A DNA stretch of 64,000 nt. Origin: Gammaproteobacteria bacterium. GTDB taxonomy: Bacteria > Pseudomonadota > Gammaproteobacteria > Ga0077536. Location: contig CAXXLL010000002.1 of NCBI GenBank assembly GCA_963662545.2, forward strand, positions 256,001-320,000, written 5' to 3'. Every line of letters starts with the position of its first letter. The first letter of the stretch is position 1. The notes under the pieces are model-generated. The model did not search any database. It saw only the letters and a program-made list of their open reading frames with translations, and was not told the DNA's origin. A program made the position numbers and the translations under genes. Of this stretch, positions 50,488 through 59,745 are shown one piece after another.

Positions 50488-50495
50488 GGCGCACA

Positions 50496-51650
50496 GTGGC
50501 ACGTAAGGTCTGTGTCGTCATCACGGCACGACCGAGCTATTCGCGCGTGCGTTCGGTCCTGTCGGCCATCCGCGACCATCCCGATCTCGAATTGCAGCTC
50601 GTCGTCGCCGCCTCCGCACTGCTCAACCGCTACGGTGCGACCGAGAACACGATCCTCGAGGAAGGATTCTCGATCGATCGGCGCGTTTACATGATCATGG
50701 AAGGGGAGAATCTCGTTACTTCGGCGAAAACGACCGGGATCGGGCTCGGTGAACTTGCCACCGTGTTCGACGATATCAGGCCGGATGTGGTCGTGACGGT
50801 CGCCGATCGTTTCGAAACGATGGCGACCGCCGTGGCTGCCAGCTATCTGAATATTCCGCTCGCCCACATCCAGGGCGGTGAAGTAACCGGCTCTATCGAC
50901 GAAAAGGTTCGCCATGCTGTCACCAAGCTCGCCGATCTGCACTTCGTAGCGTCGGAAAATGCGCACCAGCGCGTGATCAAACTCGGGGAAAGGCCCGAGA
51001 CAGTCTTCGTCACCGGCTGCCCTTCCATCGACGTTGCCAAACAGGCCTTAGCGCAGCCGGATCCGGGCTTCGACGTATTCGAGCGCTATACGGGTGTTGG
51101 GCCGCGACCCGATTTGAAGGACGGCTATCTGGTCGTGATGCAGCATCCCGTCACCACGGAATACGAGGAATCACGGCGCCATGTGGAGGAAACGCTGCAC
51201 GCCGTCAACGATCTCGACATCGCCACCTTGTGGTTCTGGCCGAACGTCGACGCCGGCGCCGACGGGACATCGTCCGGCATCCGTTCGTTTAGAGAAACGT
51301 ACGCGCCGCGAAACATTCATTTTTTCAAAAGCACTGCACCGGAGGATTTCGTGCGTATTCTCGACGCCAGTGACTGCATCGTCGGCAATTCCAGTGCGGG
51401 TATTCGTGAGTGCGCCTACCTAGGACTGCCGGCCGTCAACGTCGGCAGCCGCCAGGCGGGTCGAGACCGCGGTAAGAATGTCCGCGACGTGGACTATGAT
51501 CGCGTCGCGATCAGCGCCGCGATCCAGGCGTGCCGGCGCGACGGGCGCCTGCCAGCGGATTTCATTTACGGGGAAGGCGGTGCGGGCACGTGCATCGCGG
51601 ATGCCCTCGCAACGGTCGAATTTTCCGTTGAAAAGCGTCTGCCGTATTGA
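50496..51650 (+). CDS. neuC: Hydrolysing UDP-GlcNAc 2-epimerase
   Basis: ADRFE, HIQGGEVTGSIDEKVRHAVTK, QHPVT, GNSSAGIRE. Confidence 0.92.
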   Translation: MARKVCVVITARPSYSRVRSVLSAIRDHPDLELQLVVAASALLNRYGATENTILEEGFSIDRRVYMIMEGENLVTSAKTTGIGLGELATVFDDIRPDVVVTVADRFETMATAVAASYLNIPLAHIQGGEVTGSIDEKVRHAVTKLADLHFVASENAHQRVIKLGERPETVFVTGCPSIDVAKQALAQPDPGFDVFERYTGVGPRPDLKDGYLVVMQHPVTTEYEESRRHVEETLHAVNDLDIATLWFWPNVDAGADGTSSGIRSFRETYAPRNIHFFKSTAPEDFVRILDASDCIVGNSSAGIRECAYLGLPAVNVGSRQAGRDRGKNVRDVDYDRVAISAAIQACRRDGRLPADFIYGEGGAGTCIADALATVEFSVEKRLPY

Positions 51651-51721
51651 GCAGCTGACGATGACTGGCCGGCGACGATTGCGGTGGAATGCTATGACCC
51701 GCTCGCGGGGGGACGGCGTCC

Positions 51722-52351
51722 GTGCAGGTTTGCCCCACTGAGGAAGACTGGGCCCTGGCGCGCGAAGTCCAGGCCCTCTTCGCGCCTAAAGCCGGTGCGC
51801 GTCACATTGCGAGTGAGTTCGCGCTCGCGTATCTGAATGCCTTATTGGACGATTCTCACCCAAAACACGTCCTCGAGTTCGGCGCCGGTATCGGTACGAT
51901 CACGACCTGCCTGCTGAATCATCCGAGCCGGATCGCCCAGGTCACCGCGACGGAAGAAAACGAATTTTGCATTGGAGAATTGTCGAAGAACATCGGGGAC
52001 CGGTACGTCGGGCGGTATCAACTCGTGACCGAACCGTCCGATCTTGACGTCCGCAACGTTCATTACGACTTGGTCGTGGTCGACGGCCTGCTCGCGAGCG
52101 AGCATTACGAGGTGATTACCCTCGGTACGATCTGTTTCGTCGAGGGCTCCCGCACGCCGACGCGGCTGGCTATCAACGAGGAACTCGCCGGACGTAACCT
52201 CGTCTGCCCGTTCGTGAATTTCAACCGCGGTACGCGTTACTTCCATTTCGGCATGCGCGAAGATCCGAAAACCGGGCGGCGGCGCCCAAAATTTAAATTC
52301 CGCCGGGTGTTGAAGGGATGCTGGATCGGAAAAGTCGAGTCCCTGGACTAG
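51722..52351 (+). CDS. Putative class I SAM-dependent methyltransferase
   Basis: VLEFGAGIGT motif I; YDLVVVDG. Confidence 0.65.
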   Translation: MQVCPTEEDWALAREVQALFAPKAGARHIASEFALAYLNALLDDSHPKHVLEFGAGIGTITTCLLNHPSRIAQVTATEENEFCIGELSKNIGDRYVGRYQLVTEPSDLDVRNVHYDLVVVDGLLASEHYEVITLGTICFVEGSRTPTRLAINEELAGRNLVCPFVNFNRGTRYFHFGMREDPKTGRRRPKFKFRRVLKGCWIGKVESLD

Positions 52352-52387
52352 ATCGAAGTCGCTCAGTCCAGACGGGCGAAGCTTTAA

Positions 52388-52771
52388 TTACGTCGCTATA
52401 TCGCGCTCGCTAGTCGAAGCTCCGGTCGTACCGGATCGGCGCTGGATCTCGTCTTTCAAAAGCGTTCGATATTCAAATTGTTCCTGCCATTTTATCGCCC
52501 GTGGTAAAACGACGGCGAGAGTGCCGAGGAGGAAGTGAACGGTGACCACGCATGCGGCTCCCAGCCAGTAGGCGGTCCCGAATGGTGCGGATAAACCTAG
52601 CCCGAGGCCGGCGAAAACCGTGCACCACACCGCGATGCTCGTCCCAACGCGGCGATAGTGAACGCGAATCGCATACCAGTGATCGATGACGGCGTACAGC
52701 GAGGCCATCGCGCGAAAGCACAGAGGAATGCCGATCAGGAACGAGACGAAGCATAAGGTGTATTCAATCAC
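52388..52771 (-). CDS. Small 3-TM hypothetical protein
   Basis: GTG overlaps the upstream TGA; three hydrophobic segments. Confidence 0.6.
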   Translation of the reverse strand: MIEYTLCFVSFLIGIPLCFRAMASLYAVIDHWYAIRVHYRRVGTSIAVWCTVFAGLGLGLSAPFGTAYWLGAACVVTVHFLLGTLAVVLPRAIKWQEQFEYRTLLKDEIQRRSGTTGASTSERDIAT

Positions 52772-55324
52772 GCGGCGCGTTCCCGTCCGGTATTCAGACG
52801 AATGAAACCTTGAGTCCCATCGACGAAGATGCGATCCCCGGTTTTGATGAAATTCGTACAGTCCGCCACGTCGACGACGCAGGGCATGCCGTACTCGCGC
52901 GCGATCGTACCGGCGTGAGACAGATAACTGCCCACTTCGACCACCGCCGCGTGCGCGGTCAGGAACAGCGGTGTCCAAGCGGGATCGGTATAGGGGGCGA
53001 CGAGGATCTCGCCGGGCTTCAAGTCCGCATCGACGCTGGGGTCCAGGATCACCCGGGCAATGCCCTCGTAGGTACCCGGAGAAGCGCCCTGTCCGGCGAT
53101 TTCGTCTTTGTTCGATGCTGTATGCTGGGGTGCGACGCGCAGGTCGATATTGATCGTCCTGGGCGGCGTCATTTTCGACCAGCGAATGATCTCCATGCGC
53201 CGTTCACGAATACGATCCTCGACATCCCCCCATTCGAGCTGTCCTGCCCGTAATGCAGTGACTTCCGGCCACCGCAGATAGAAGATATCGTCCTTGACCT
53301 TGAGCTTGCCGGCACCGAGCAGTTCCCGTTCGGCGCGCAGAATGCATTTTCTCGCCGAATACCACGCCATGATGTGATAGAAGCGCGAGTTCTCCCGCAG
53401 CTTGATGAAATACCGGGCGCGGCCGGCCAGATGGTCGATGAGCCGCCAGCGCCATCCCACTACCCGTTCGAGTGGGAGATGTCCAAGGCGGTGTTTGATC
53501 GAGGCGAAGAGGTCCGCTCGACGCGCGCGTGCGCGCGCTTCCATCGCGCCGGGATCAGCGTCCGATTCAAGATGATTTTTGACCATCGCCAGCACCGGGG
53601 ACGGGTTTTCCTCGAAGCGTTCCGAGGCGATCTCGAACTCTTTCAATGCGCGGTGACCGTGAACGCGCAAGAAGGCGTTGAGTTCGTCGAGAAACGGCTG
53701 GGCCGTCTCGTCGTTTTTGAGGGCATTGAACAAAGCGTTCGGACGCTGCGTTTGCATGCATCGAACGACAGCCGGGAGTGTCTTTGCGGTGCGTGACAGC
53801 TCGAATATCGAGCGGCCCATCTCGAGCGAGAGTACGCCTTCAGTGCCCGAGCACAAAAGGGATCCCGCATCTTTTTCGATGTCCGGAATCCAGCACTTCA
53901 GCAATGCGTTCACCCATGGGTAGGAAATAACGTGGAACAGAAGCGATGTTGATCCAGATAACCCGGCGTCCGCACGGTGCCAACGGCGGCGCGCCGTTGA
54001 GGAGTTTGACCATCGTTGTTCGCGGGCTCAGGGCATCGTCGGCCTCGATCTCGGCCGTAAATGCGCGGAACGACTCCATGAAATCATCCGGCATCGCGCG
54101 CGAGCGGGCAGCGATAAGACCAAAGCCGAGATAAATGACGAACCAGGTGGCAAGCACCATTGGGAGCTTCATCCAGCTTATCGATAGGTCTAGATCTTCC
54201 GGCATTTCCAGATACGCGAGGCGCGCGGCCTGCTCGTCGGTAAGTTTGATCGGCAACAGCACGTGCATCGGCCAGAGGTCGTTGTAGAGGCGTCCCTTGA
54301 TCCAGTGCGGTCCCGGGGGCAGAGAATCCTGTGTCAGCGGCAGGACAGGCTCCGTAAAATTTTCGGCCGCAGCCTTGAACAGCACCAGCTTGCGTTTTTC
54401 GCCCGGGGCGAACGATTCTTCGCCCATGATGGTGATAGGGCGGGATTGCAGCATGTAGTAACGATTTTCGTGTATGGCCCATTCGACGTCCTGGGGGGTG
54501 CCGAAATACTGTTCGGCCTTGACGCTCCAACGGCTCACCTCGATCAACATTTCATCGCTCAGACAGGACACGTGACGCCGTTCGAACGGTACCTCGGCCA
54601 TGCGCGTGTCATCGGGTGGCAGGTGGGAGCTCACCATCGACTTCTTATTCGCGATGCGCTTTCGTTGAATAGCAAAATCCGCGCGCCTGACCATGAAGTG
54701 ATCCGGTGATACGCGGCCGTCGACGATCGCCGCACCCATGCCCCAGGTCGCGTCGGTCACGATCTCCTGCGTGTCGCCACTAACAGGGTTGACCGTGAAC
54801 GTCACCCCCGATACGTCGGACGGAATCATTTCCTGCACGAGCACCGCCATCATCACGCCGGCGTGATCAATCCCCTGGCTCTGCCGGTAGGAAACGGCCG
54901 CATCACTCCACAGTGACGCCCAGCATTTGCGCACCATTTCGATCAAGTTTTGTCCGTCAACGTAGTAATACGTCGCGTGCTGGCCGGCAAAGCTCGCGTC
55001 GCCCAAGTCCTCCGCGGTAGCGGATGAGCGCACGGCGCAGATGATCGGCTCCTTACTGTTAGATTGCAGTCGTTCGTGAGCGCGTAGAATCTCTTGCGAC
55101 GCCGTGATCGGGAGGGGGGCGTCCACGAGCCGTCGTCGTATGGCCTCGCTGGGCGCGCTGGTATCGATGCCGGACAGGAGCTTGCGGTAGACGCCGGCGC
55201 AAACGACGAATCCGGGCGGTATGGGAAATCCGTGCGCCAGGAGTGCGCCCAAATTGGCTGCTTTACCGCCGACCTGCTCGATGTCAGTCTTTGTGACGTC
55301 TTTTAGGAATCGCACGGCCATCAC
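52768..55324 (-). pseudogene. PEP-utilising enzyme with rifampin-phosphotransferase/PigC-like architecture, frameshifted at ~53914
   Basis: VGGKAANL, VRSSATAED..SFAGQ, LQSRPIT; C-terminal TDPAWTPLF..SHAGTIAREYG; the two halves are in different frames. Confidence 0.8.
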
Positions 55325-55452
55325 ATGGCCATCCTTTTGCGTTAAACGGAATTGCGGAGACAGTATACGTAATCCGCATCACGCGCCGATTCGCGGATTA
55401 TCGTTGCGGAATTTTCGTATAATTTCCCGAGCTGACTTAAGGTCGTCGAATT

Positions 55453-56226
55453 ATGGTTCAAGCATTGCAGAAACCCGCGAACATTCGCGAGCAAGTTTCC
55501 GACGAGGAATGGCAGGTTCGTGTCGATCTCGCCGCGGCGTACCGGCTGGTCGATCACTACGGCTGGACCGACATGATATTCACACATTTGTCTGCGCGCG
55601 TTCCTGGTCCCGAGCAACATTTTCTAATCAATCCCTACGGCATGATGTTCGATGAAGTGAGCGCATCAAACCTCGTCAAAATCGATTTCGAAGGAAACAT
55701 CGTGCTGTCGACGGGATACGACGTGAATCCCGCCGGGTTCTGCATTCACAGCGCCATCCATATGTCGCGCGACGACGCCCATGCCGTAATGCATTTACAC
55801 ACGGACGACGGGGTCGCCGTGTCCGCCATGGCCGAGGGCCTACTGCCCGTTACTCAGACCGCGATGATCATCCACGACCAGATCGCCTATCACGAGTACG
55901 AGGGTATCGCGCTGGATCTCGGTGAGCGCGAGCGCCTGGCCGCGGACATCGGCGACAAGCAGGCGATGATCCTCCGCAACCACGGCACCTTGGCGGTGGG
56001 CAAGACGGTGTCGACCTGTTTTCTAACCCTTTACATTCTCGAACGCGCTTGCAGCATGCAGGTCCGCGCCATGGCGGGCGGCAACTTGCATCAGCCCTCG
56101 GCGGAATCCGTCAAAACCTCTCGAGAGCAGGGTCGCATGTTGATGGCGTCCGGGGAGCGTGACCATCTGGCGTGGCCTGCACTGCTCAGAATGCTCGATC
56201 GTAAGGACGCTGGATTCAGGCAGTAG
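55453..56226 (+). CDS. Class II aldolase/adducin family protein
   Basis: THLSARVPG, IHSAIH, MHLHT, LRNHG. Confidence 0.92.
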   Translation: MVQALQKPANIREQVSDEEWQVRVDLAAAYRLVDHYGWTDMIFTHLSARVPGPEQHFLINPYGMMFDEVSASNLVKIDFEGNIVLSTGYDVNPAGFCIHSAIHMSRDDAHAVMHLHTDDGVAVSAMAEGLLPVTQTAMIIHDQIAYHEYEGIALDLGERERLAADIGDKQAMILRNHGTLAVGKTVSTCFLTLYILERACSMQVRAMAGGNLHQPSAESVKTSREQGRMLMASGERDHLAWPALLRMLDRKDAGFRQ

Positions 56227-56238
56227 CGGGCGGATATA

Positions 56239-57204
56239 TCAAGGGGACGCCACCCTATCGACGCGATCAGCCTCTGCTCCAGCCACGTTGACGAGTAGCC
56301 GGTTCCGTACGAAATCGATGATGAAATCGCGCTGGGTAAACATCCCCGCACCCACGATTGCGGCGGGGCCGTCGCTAAGCTCGAGGGTTTCGAAGATCGC
56401 GAGGTCGACAATCGCGAATTTCTCGTTGTGCCAGCTTACATTTCCAGTCGTTACTTTCTCGGCCTTGAGCATGGACACCTTTGGTGTGGCTTCCATGATG
56501 CCGACCACCGGATCGCCGGCCTCGAATCCGTAGGTAGTCGGCATCACGCCAATGCTTCTGGCCGCTTTCCAGTTGAGAACGTTCAAGCCGGCACCCAGGT
56601 CGAAAATGGAACGGATCTGATGGCGAAGAATTCCAATGTTGAAAAAATAGAGCGATGCGGCACTCGATCCCACCCGTTGGGGCGACAGTGGAATGGCGGC
56701 CCAGCCTTGATAAGACTGGTGGCGTAGCAGGCCCGGTGCATAGAGGCGAACGAGGCGATCGTGATTCGAAAATCCGACGGCATACCTGCGCAGGAAATCA
56801 ATGCCCAGAATGCCGTCGATGTTTGAACGCATTTGCGCCGGCCTCGGCATCGCGGCGATCCGGGCCTTCGACCAGACTTCGGGTCCGATCGAAATTCGCG
56901 CGGCCCTGATCAACGGAAACCGCCCCGAAGCGACCGCGCCGTGGATGATGACTTCCTGGCCTTCGAGCGCTTGGAGTTCGAGCGTGGTTCGCGGTTCGTC
57001 GAATATGACCGAGATGCTCGCGGCGGTATCCAGTGCGAATTCAAACGGGCCGCGATCGTTGACCTCGGCTTCGATGATAATGCGCCCGCCGTCTTCGATG
57101 GTATAAGGTGCCGTGGCGAGCGCTGCGCTCTGGTCAAGGACGTTCGCGCAGGCGCAGAGCACGCAGACGAAGGCCGCCCCGGCGATCTTCGCGGCGAAGT
57201 TCAT
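56239..57204 (-). CDS. Exported tandem retropepsin-like aspartyl protease
   Basis: FALDTAAS..GILGIDFL and IFDLGAG..IVGAGMF..IDF; lipoprotein-like signal. Confidence 0.78.
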   Translation of the reverse strand: MNFAAKIAGAAFVCVLCACANVLDQSAALATAPYTIEDGGRIIIEAEVNDRGPFEFALDTAASISVIFDEPRTTLELQALEGQEVIIHGAVASGRFPLIRAARISIGPEVWSKARIAAMPRPAQMRSNIDGILGIDFLRRYAVGFSNHDRLVRLYAPGLLRHQSYQGWAAIPLSPQRVGSSAASLYFFNIGILRHQIRSIFDLGAGLNVLNWKAARSIGVMPTTYGFEAGDPVVGIMEATPKVSMLKAEKVTTGNVSWHNEKFAIVDLAIFETLELSDGPAAIVGAGMFTQRDFIIDFVRNRLLVNVAGAEADRVDRVASP

Positions 57205-57361
57205 CAGCGGCAATGATACGCGCGAAATAATCGTCGTAGCCGGCTGGGAGTACGGCGAGGGAATGACTCCTTGCGCCGCTATCGATAGCGGGTTTGTCAA
57301 TCGAAACAACGATTCGGCGTTTTCAACGTTCCGTATCTCCATTAAACTTCCTGGTCCCGCT

Positions 57362-57435
57362 TGGGGGATCGTCTAATGGTAGGACTGCGGACTCTGACTC
57401 CGCCAGTGGGGGTTCGAATCCCTCTCCCCCAGCCA
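57362..57435 (+). tRNA. tRNA-Gln(CTG)
   Basis: Acceptor TGGGGGA/TCCCCCA, anticodon arm GCGGA-CTCTGAC-TCCGC, GGTTCGAATCC, encoded CCA. Confidence 0.96.
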
Positions 57436-57481
57436 ATTTCTTAAAGGCCCCATCGGGGCCTTTAAGAAATTGGCTGGGGGA
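57425..57481. repeat. 27-bp perfect inverted repeat including the tRNA 3' end; possible bidirectional terminator
   Basis: TCCCCCAGCCAATTTCTTAAAGGCCCC-ATC-GGGGCCTTTAAGAAATTGGCTGGGGGA. Confidence 0.85.
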
Positions 57482-57604
57482 CGAGGATCTAGACTCGACC
57501 CCCTCGGGTTCGACAAACTCGCGTGAAGCGAGTTTGGACGCCGTAGCGAAGCGGAGGGCGCCCCGTAGGGGCGAACGCGCGCTTAAGCGCGCAGGATCCG
57601 CGTT

Positions 57605-58012
57605 TCAGGCGCTAAGTTTACTTTCGGTTTCGCCGCGGGTCCGTATTTTTGCTGTCGCCGGAACCGCTTCGGCCTCGCACCACTCAATCAATCCCTTGAG
57701 CATGCGAGTGATCTCCATCGAATCCTGCATCAACTCGGTGGATTTCTGCACCGTGATCAGATCGAGTTGAGCCGCGATATAGAGTTGGGTGCGAAGTTCG
57801 GCACACGAATCCTTGGCCATCCTCAGATAATGCGCGAACTGCTTCTTCGAATCTCGTTCGTAGCCTTCGGCAATGTTCGAAGGTACCGAGAGGGATGCCC
57901 GTGTAATCTCGTCGCGGAAATTTCGATCGCCGCAGTCTCTGATCGCGGCGCAACTCTGAACGGCAAGTGCACAGGCTTTGTTCCAGGCACTCAATCCATG
58001 TAACGCATTCAT
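57605..58012 (-). CDS. Four-helix-bundle protein (23S rRNA IVP / Avd-like family)
   Basis: RASLSVPSNIAEGYER, SCAELRTQL; AAGGAG RBS. Confidence 0.88.
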   Translation of the reverse strand: MNALHGLSAWNKACALAVQSCAAIRDCGDRNFRDEITRASLSVPSNIAEGYERDSKKQFAHYLRMAKDSCAELRTQLYIAAQLDLITVQKSTELMQDSMEITRMLKGLIEWCEAEAVPATAKIRTRGETESKLSA

Positions 58013-58071
58013 GCTTATACCTCCTTGTATATTCCTTTAGGGGCATCCTGCCCGCCGGGCTGCCGGTTAAG

Positions 58072-58464
58072 TTAACGCTTCGAGTACTGTGGTCTCTTGC
58101 GTGCTTTGTGCAGCCCTATTTTCTTGCGTTCCACTTCACGCGCGTCGCGTGTGACGAAGCCGGCAACCCTGAGCGGGCGGCGCAAGGTTTCATCGTAGGC
58201 GATCAATGCGCGCGTAATTCCATGGCGAATGGCGCCGGCCTGTCCCGACATCCCACCTCCTTCGACAGTCACCTTAATGTCAAAATCGGTCGGCATGTTG
58301 ATCGTAACGAGCGGCTGGCGGACGATCATGCGGCCCGTTTCGCGCCCGAAGTACTCATCCAGCGGCGTGTCATTGACAATGATGTTACCGGTGCCGCGTT
58401 GGAGGAATACGCGCGCCGCGGAACTTTTCCGGCGCCCGGTGCTGTAGTGGATTTCGTTTGCCAT
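58072..58464 (-). CDS. rpsI: 30S ribosomal protein S9
   Basis: [31 protein letters not shown]. Confidence 0.99.
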   Translation of the reverse strand: MANEIHYSTGRRKSSAARVFLQRGTGNIIVNDTPLDEYFGRETGRMIVRQPLVTINMPTDFDIKVTVEGGGMSGQAGAIRHGITRALIAYDETLRRPLRVAGFVTRDAREVERKKIGLHKARKRPQYSKR

Positions 58465-58468
58465 ACGC

Positions 58469-58897
58469 TTAGAGCTCTAATTGAATCGGTTGCTGCGCGC
58501 TATGTTGGTGATCAGGCCCCGCGTAGACTTTAAGTTTCCTGAACATGGCGCGGCCGAGCGGTCCTTTGGGCAGCATCCCTTTGACTGCCCGCTGGATAAT
58601 GGTCTCGGGCGATTTCTGCTGGAGCTTCTCGAAAGTTATCTGTTTTAAACCGCCGGGAAAACCCGAGTGACGATAATAGATCTTGTTGCTGGCCTTATTG
58701 CCTGTAACACGGATCTTCTCGGCATTGACGACGACAATGTAATCACCCGTATCCATGTGCGGGGTGTAGGTGACCTTGTGCTTGCCGCGCAGGCGCCGTG
58801 CAATCTCGGTGGCAAGCCTGCCGAGTATTTTGTCCGTCGCGTCGACGACATACCAATCGCGTTTGATCGTCGCCGGCGTGGCGGTGTAAGTTGTCAT
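58469..58897 (-). CDS. rplM: 50S ribosomal protein L13
   Basis: [27 protein letters not shown]. Confidence 0.99.
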   Translation of the reverse strand: MTTYTATPATIKRDWYVVDATDKILGRLATEIARRLRGKHKVTYTPHMDTGDYIVVVNAEKIRVTGNKASNKIYYRHSGFPGGLKQITFEKLQQKSPETIIQRAVKGMLPKGPLGRAMFRKLKVYAGPDHQHSAQQPIQLEL

Positions 58898-58930
58898 GCT
58901 GGGTTGAGGGATTGCGAAAAAAGAGGCGCA

Positions 58931-58959
58931 ATGGTACGGAGAGCGACCGGGGGTGTCAA
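58931..58959 (-). promoter_or_regulatory. Sigma70 promoter of rplM-rpsI
   Basis: TTGACA-17 bp-TACCAT followed by a GC-rich discriminator (TGCGCC). Confidence 0.8.
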
Positions 58960-59034
58960 TGCGAAACCCCGTGATTTCGCTGGCTTTTCTTTATTTTGGA
59001 GTGGATTCTTAGCGGATGAGAAAACTTCCTCCCA

Positions 59035-59673
59035 ATGCGTAATCTGTCGTCCGTCGACAGGGCCATCGTACGCCTCGATGCCGCATTGCGGGCGGCCGCG
59101 GGTTCCGGTAGTCGCCGAGGTCGGCGGTCGCCGGCGCAATCGCTGCCGGACGCGCCATTGTCCGCCGGGGATAAACGGCACGCCGCCGGCCTGATGAGGG
59201 TGAACCATACCGGCGAAGTGTGCGCCCAGGCACTCTATGTCGGACAGGCGAGCCTGTCTCGGGACGAACGAACGCGCTTGGCGATGCTCGAAGCAGCCAG
59301 GGAGGAAGGCGATCATCTTTGTTGGTGCCGTGAACGCCTTACGGAGCTCGATTCGGTGCCCAGCCGGTTGAACTTTTTCTGGTTCGCGGGCTCTTTCACC
59401 ATGGGCCTGGCGGCGGCGGCTCTGGGAGACGACTGGAGTCTTGGTTTCGTCGAAGAAACCGAACGCCAGGTCGTACGCCATCTGCAAGGCCACCTGGACG
59501 AGCTTCCGGTACACGATGAACGAAGCCGGGCCATTGTCGCAGTCATGTGCGACGACGAAGCGCGTCATGCCGATAAGGCCGCCCGCCAGGGATCGGCGCC
59601 TTTGCCGCTGCCGATCCGAACCCTGATGAAAATGCACGCCCGGGTGATGACGAAAATCGCGTACTGGATTTGA
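59035..59673 (+). CDS. coq7: Demethoxyubiquinone hydroxylase Coq7
   Basis: LMRVNHTGEVCAQALY, EEGDHL, ETERQVVRHL, DEARH di-iron motifs. Confidence 0.95.
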   Translation: MRNLSSVDRAIVRLDAALRAAAGSGSRRGRRSPAQSLPDAPLSAGDKRHAAGLMRVNHTGEVCAQALYVGQASLSRDERTRLAMLEAAREEGDHLCWCRERLTELDSVPSRLNFFWFAGSFTMGLAAAALGDDWSLGFVEETERQVVRHLQGHLDELPVHDERSRAIVAVMCDDEARHADKAARQGSAPLPLPIRTLMKMHARVMTKIAYWI

Positions 59674-59745
59674 GGGCGCCTGGCGTTGGATATTTTTTGC
59701 GCTTAAATTGTCAAAACTCAAACTTCACCTCGGAAATCGGAACTC

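Noticed and set aside
52768-55324. Rifampin resistance gene call
   Set aside because: Architecture is shared by many non-resistance enzymes, the middle domain is not recognisably RPH, and the gene is frameshifted
57362-57500. Integrated island or prophage at tRNA-Gln
   Set aside because: No integrase and no direct repeat of the tRNA 3' end seen; core genes follow within ~600 bp
57605-58012. Diversity-generating retroelement suggested by the Avd-like protein
   Set aside because: No reverse transcriptase and no TR/VR pair with adenine-specific mismatches in the window
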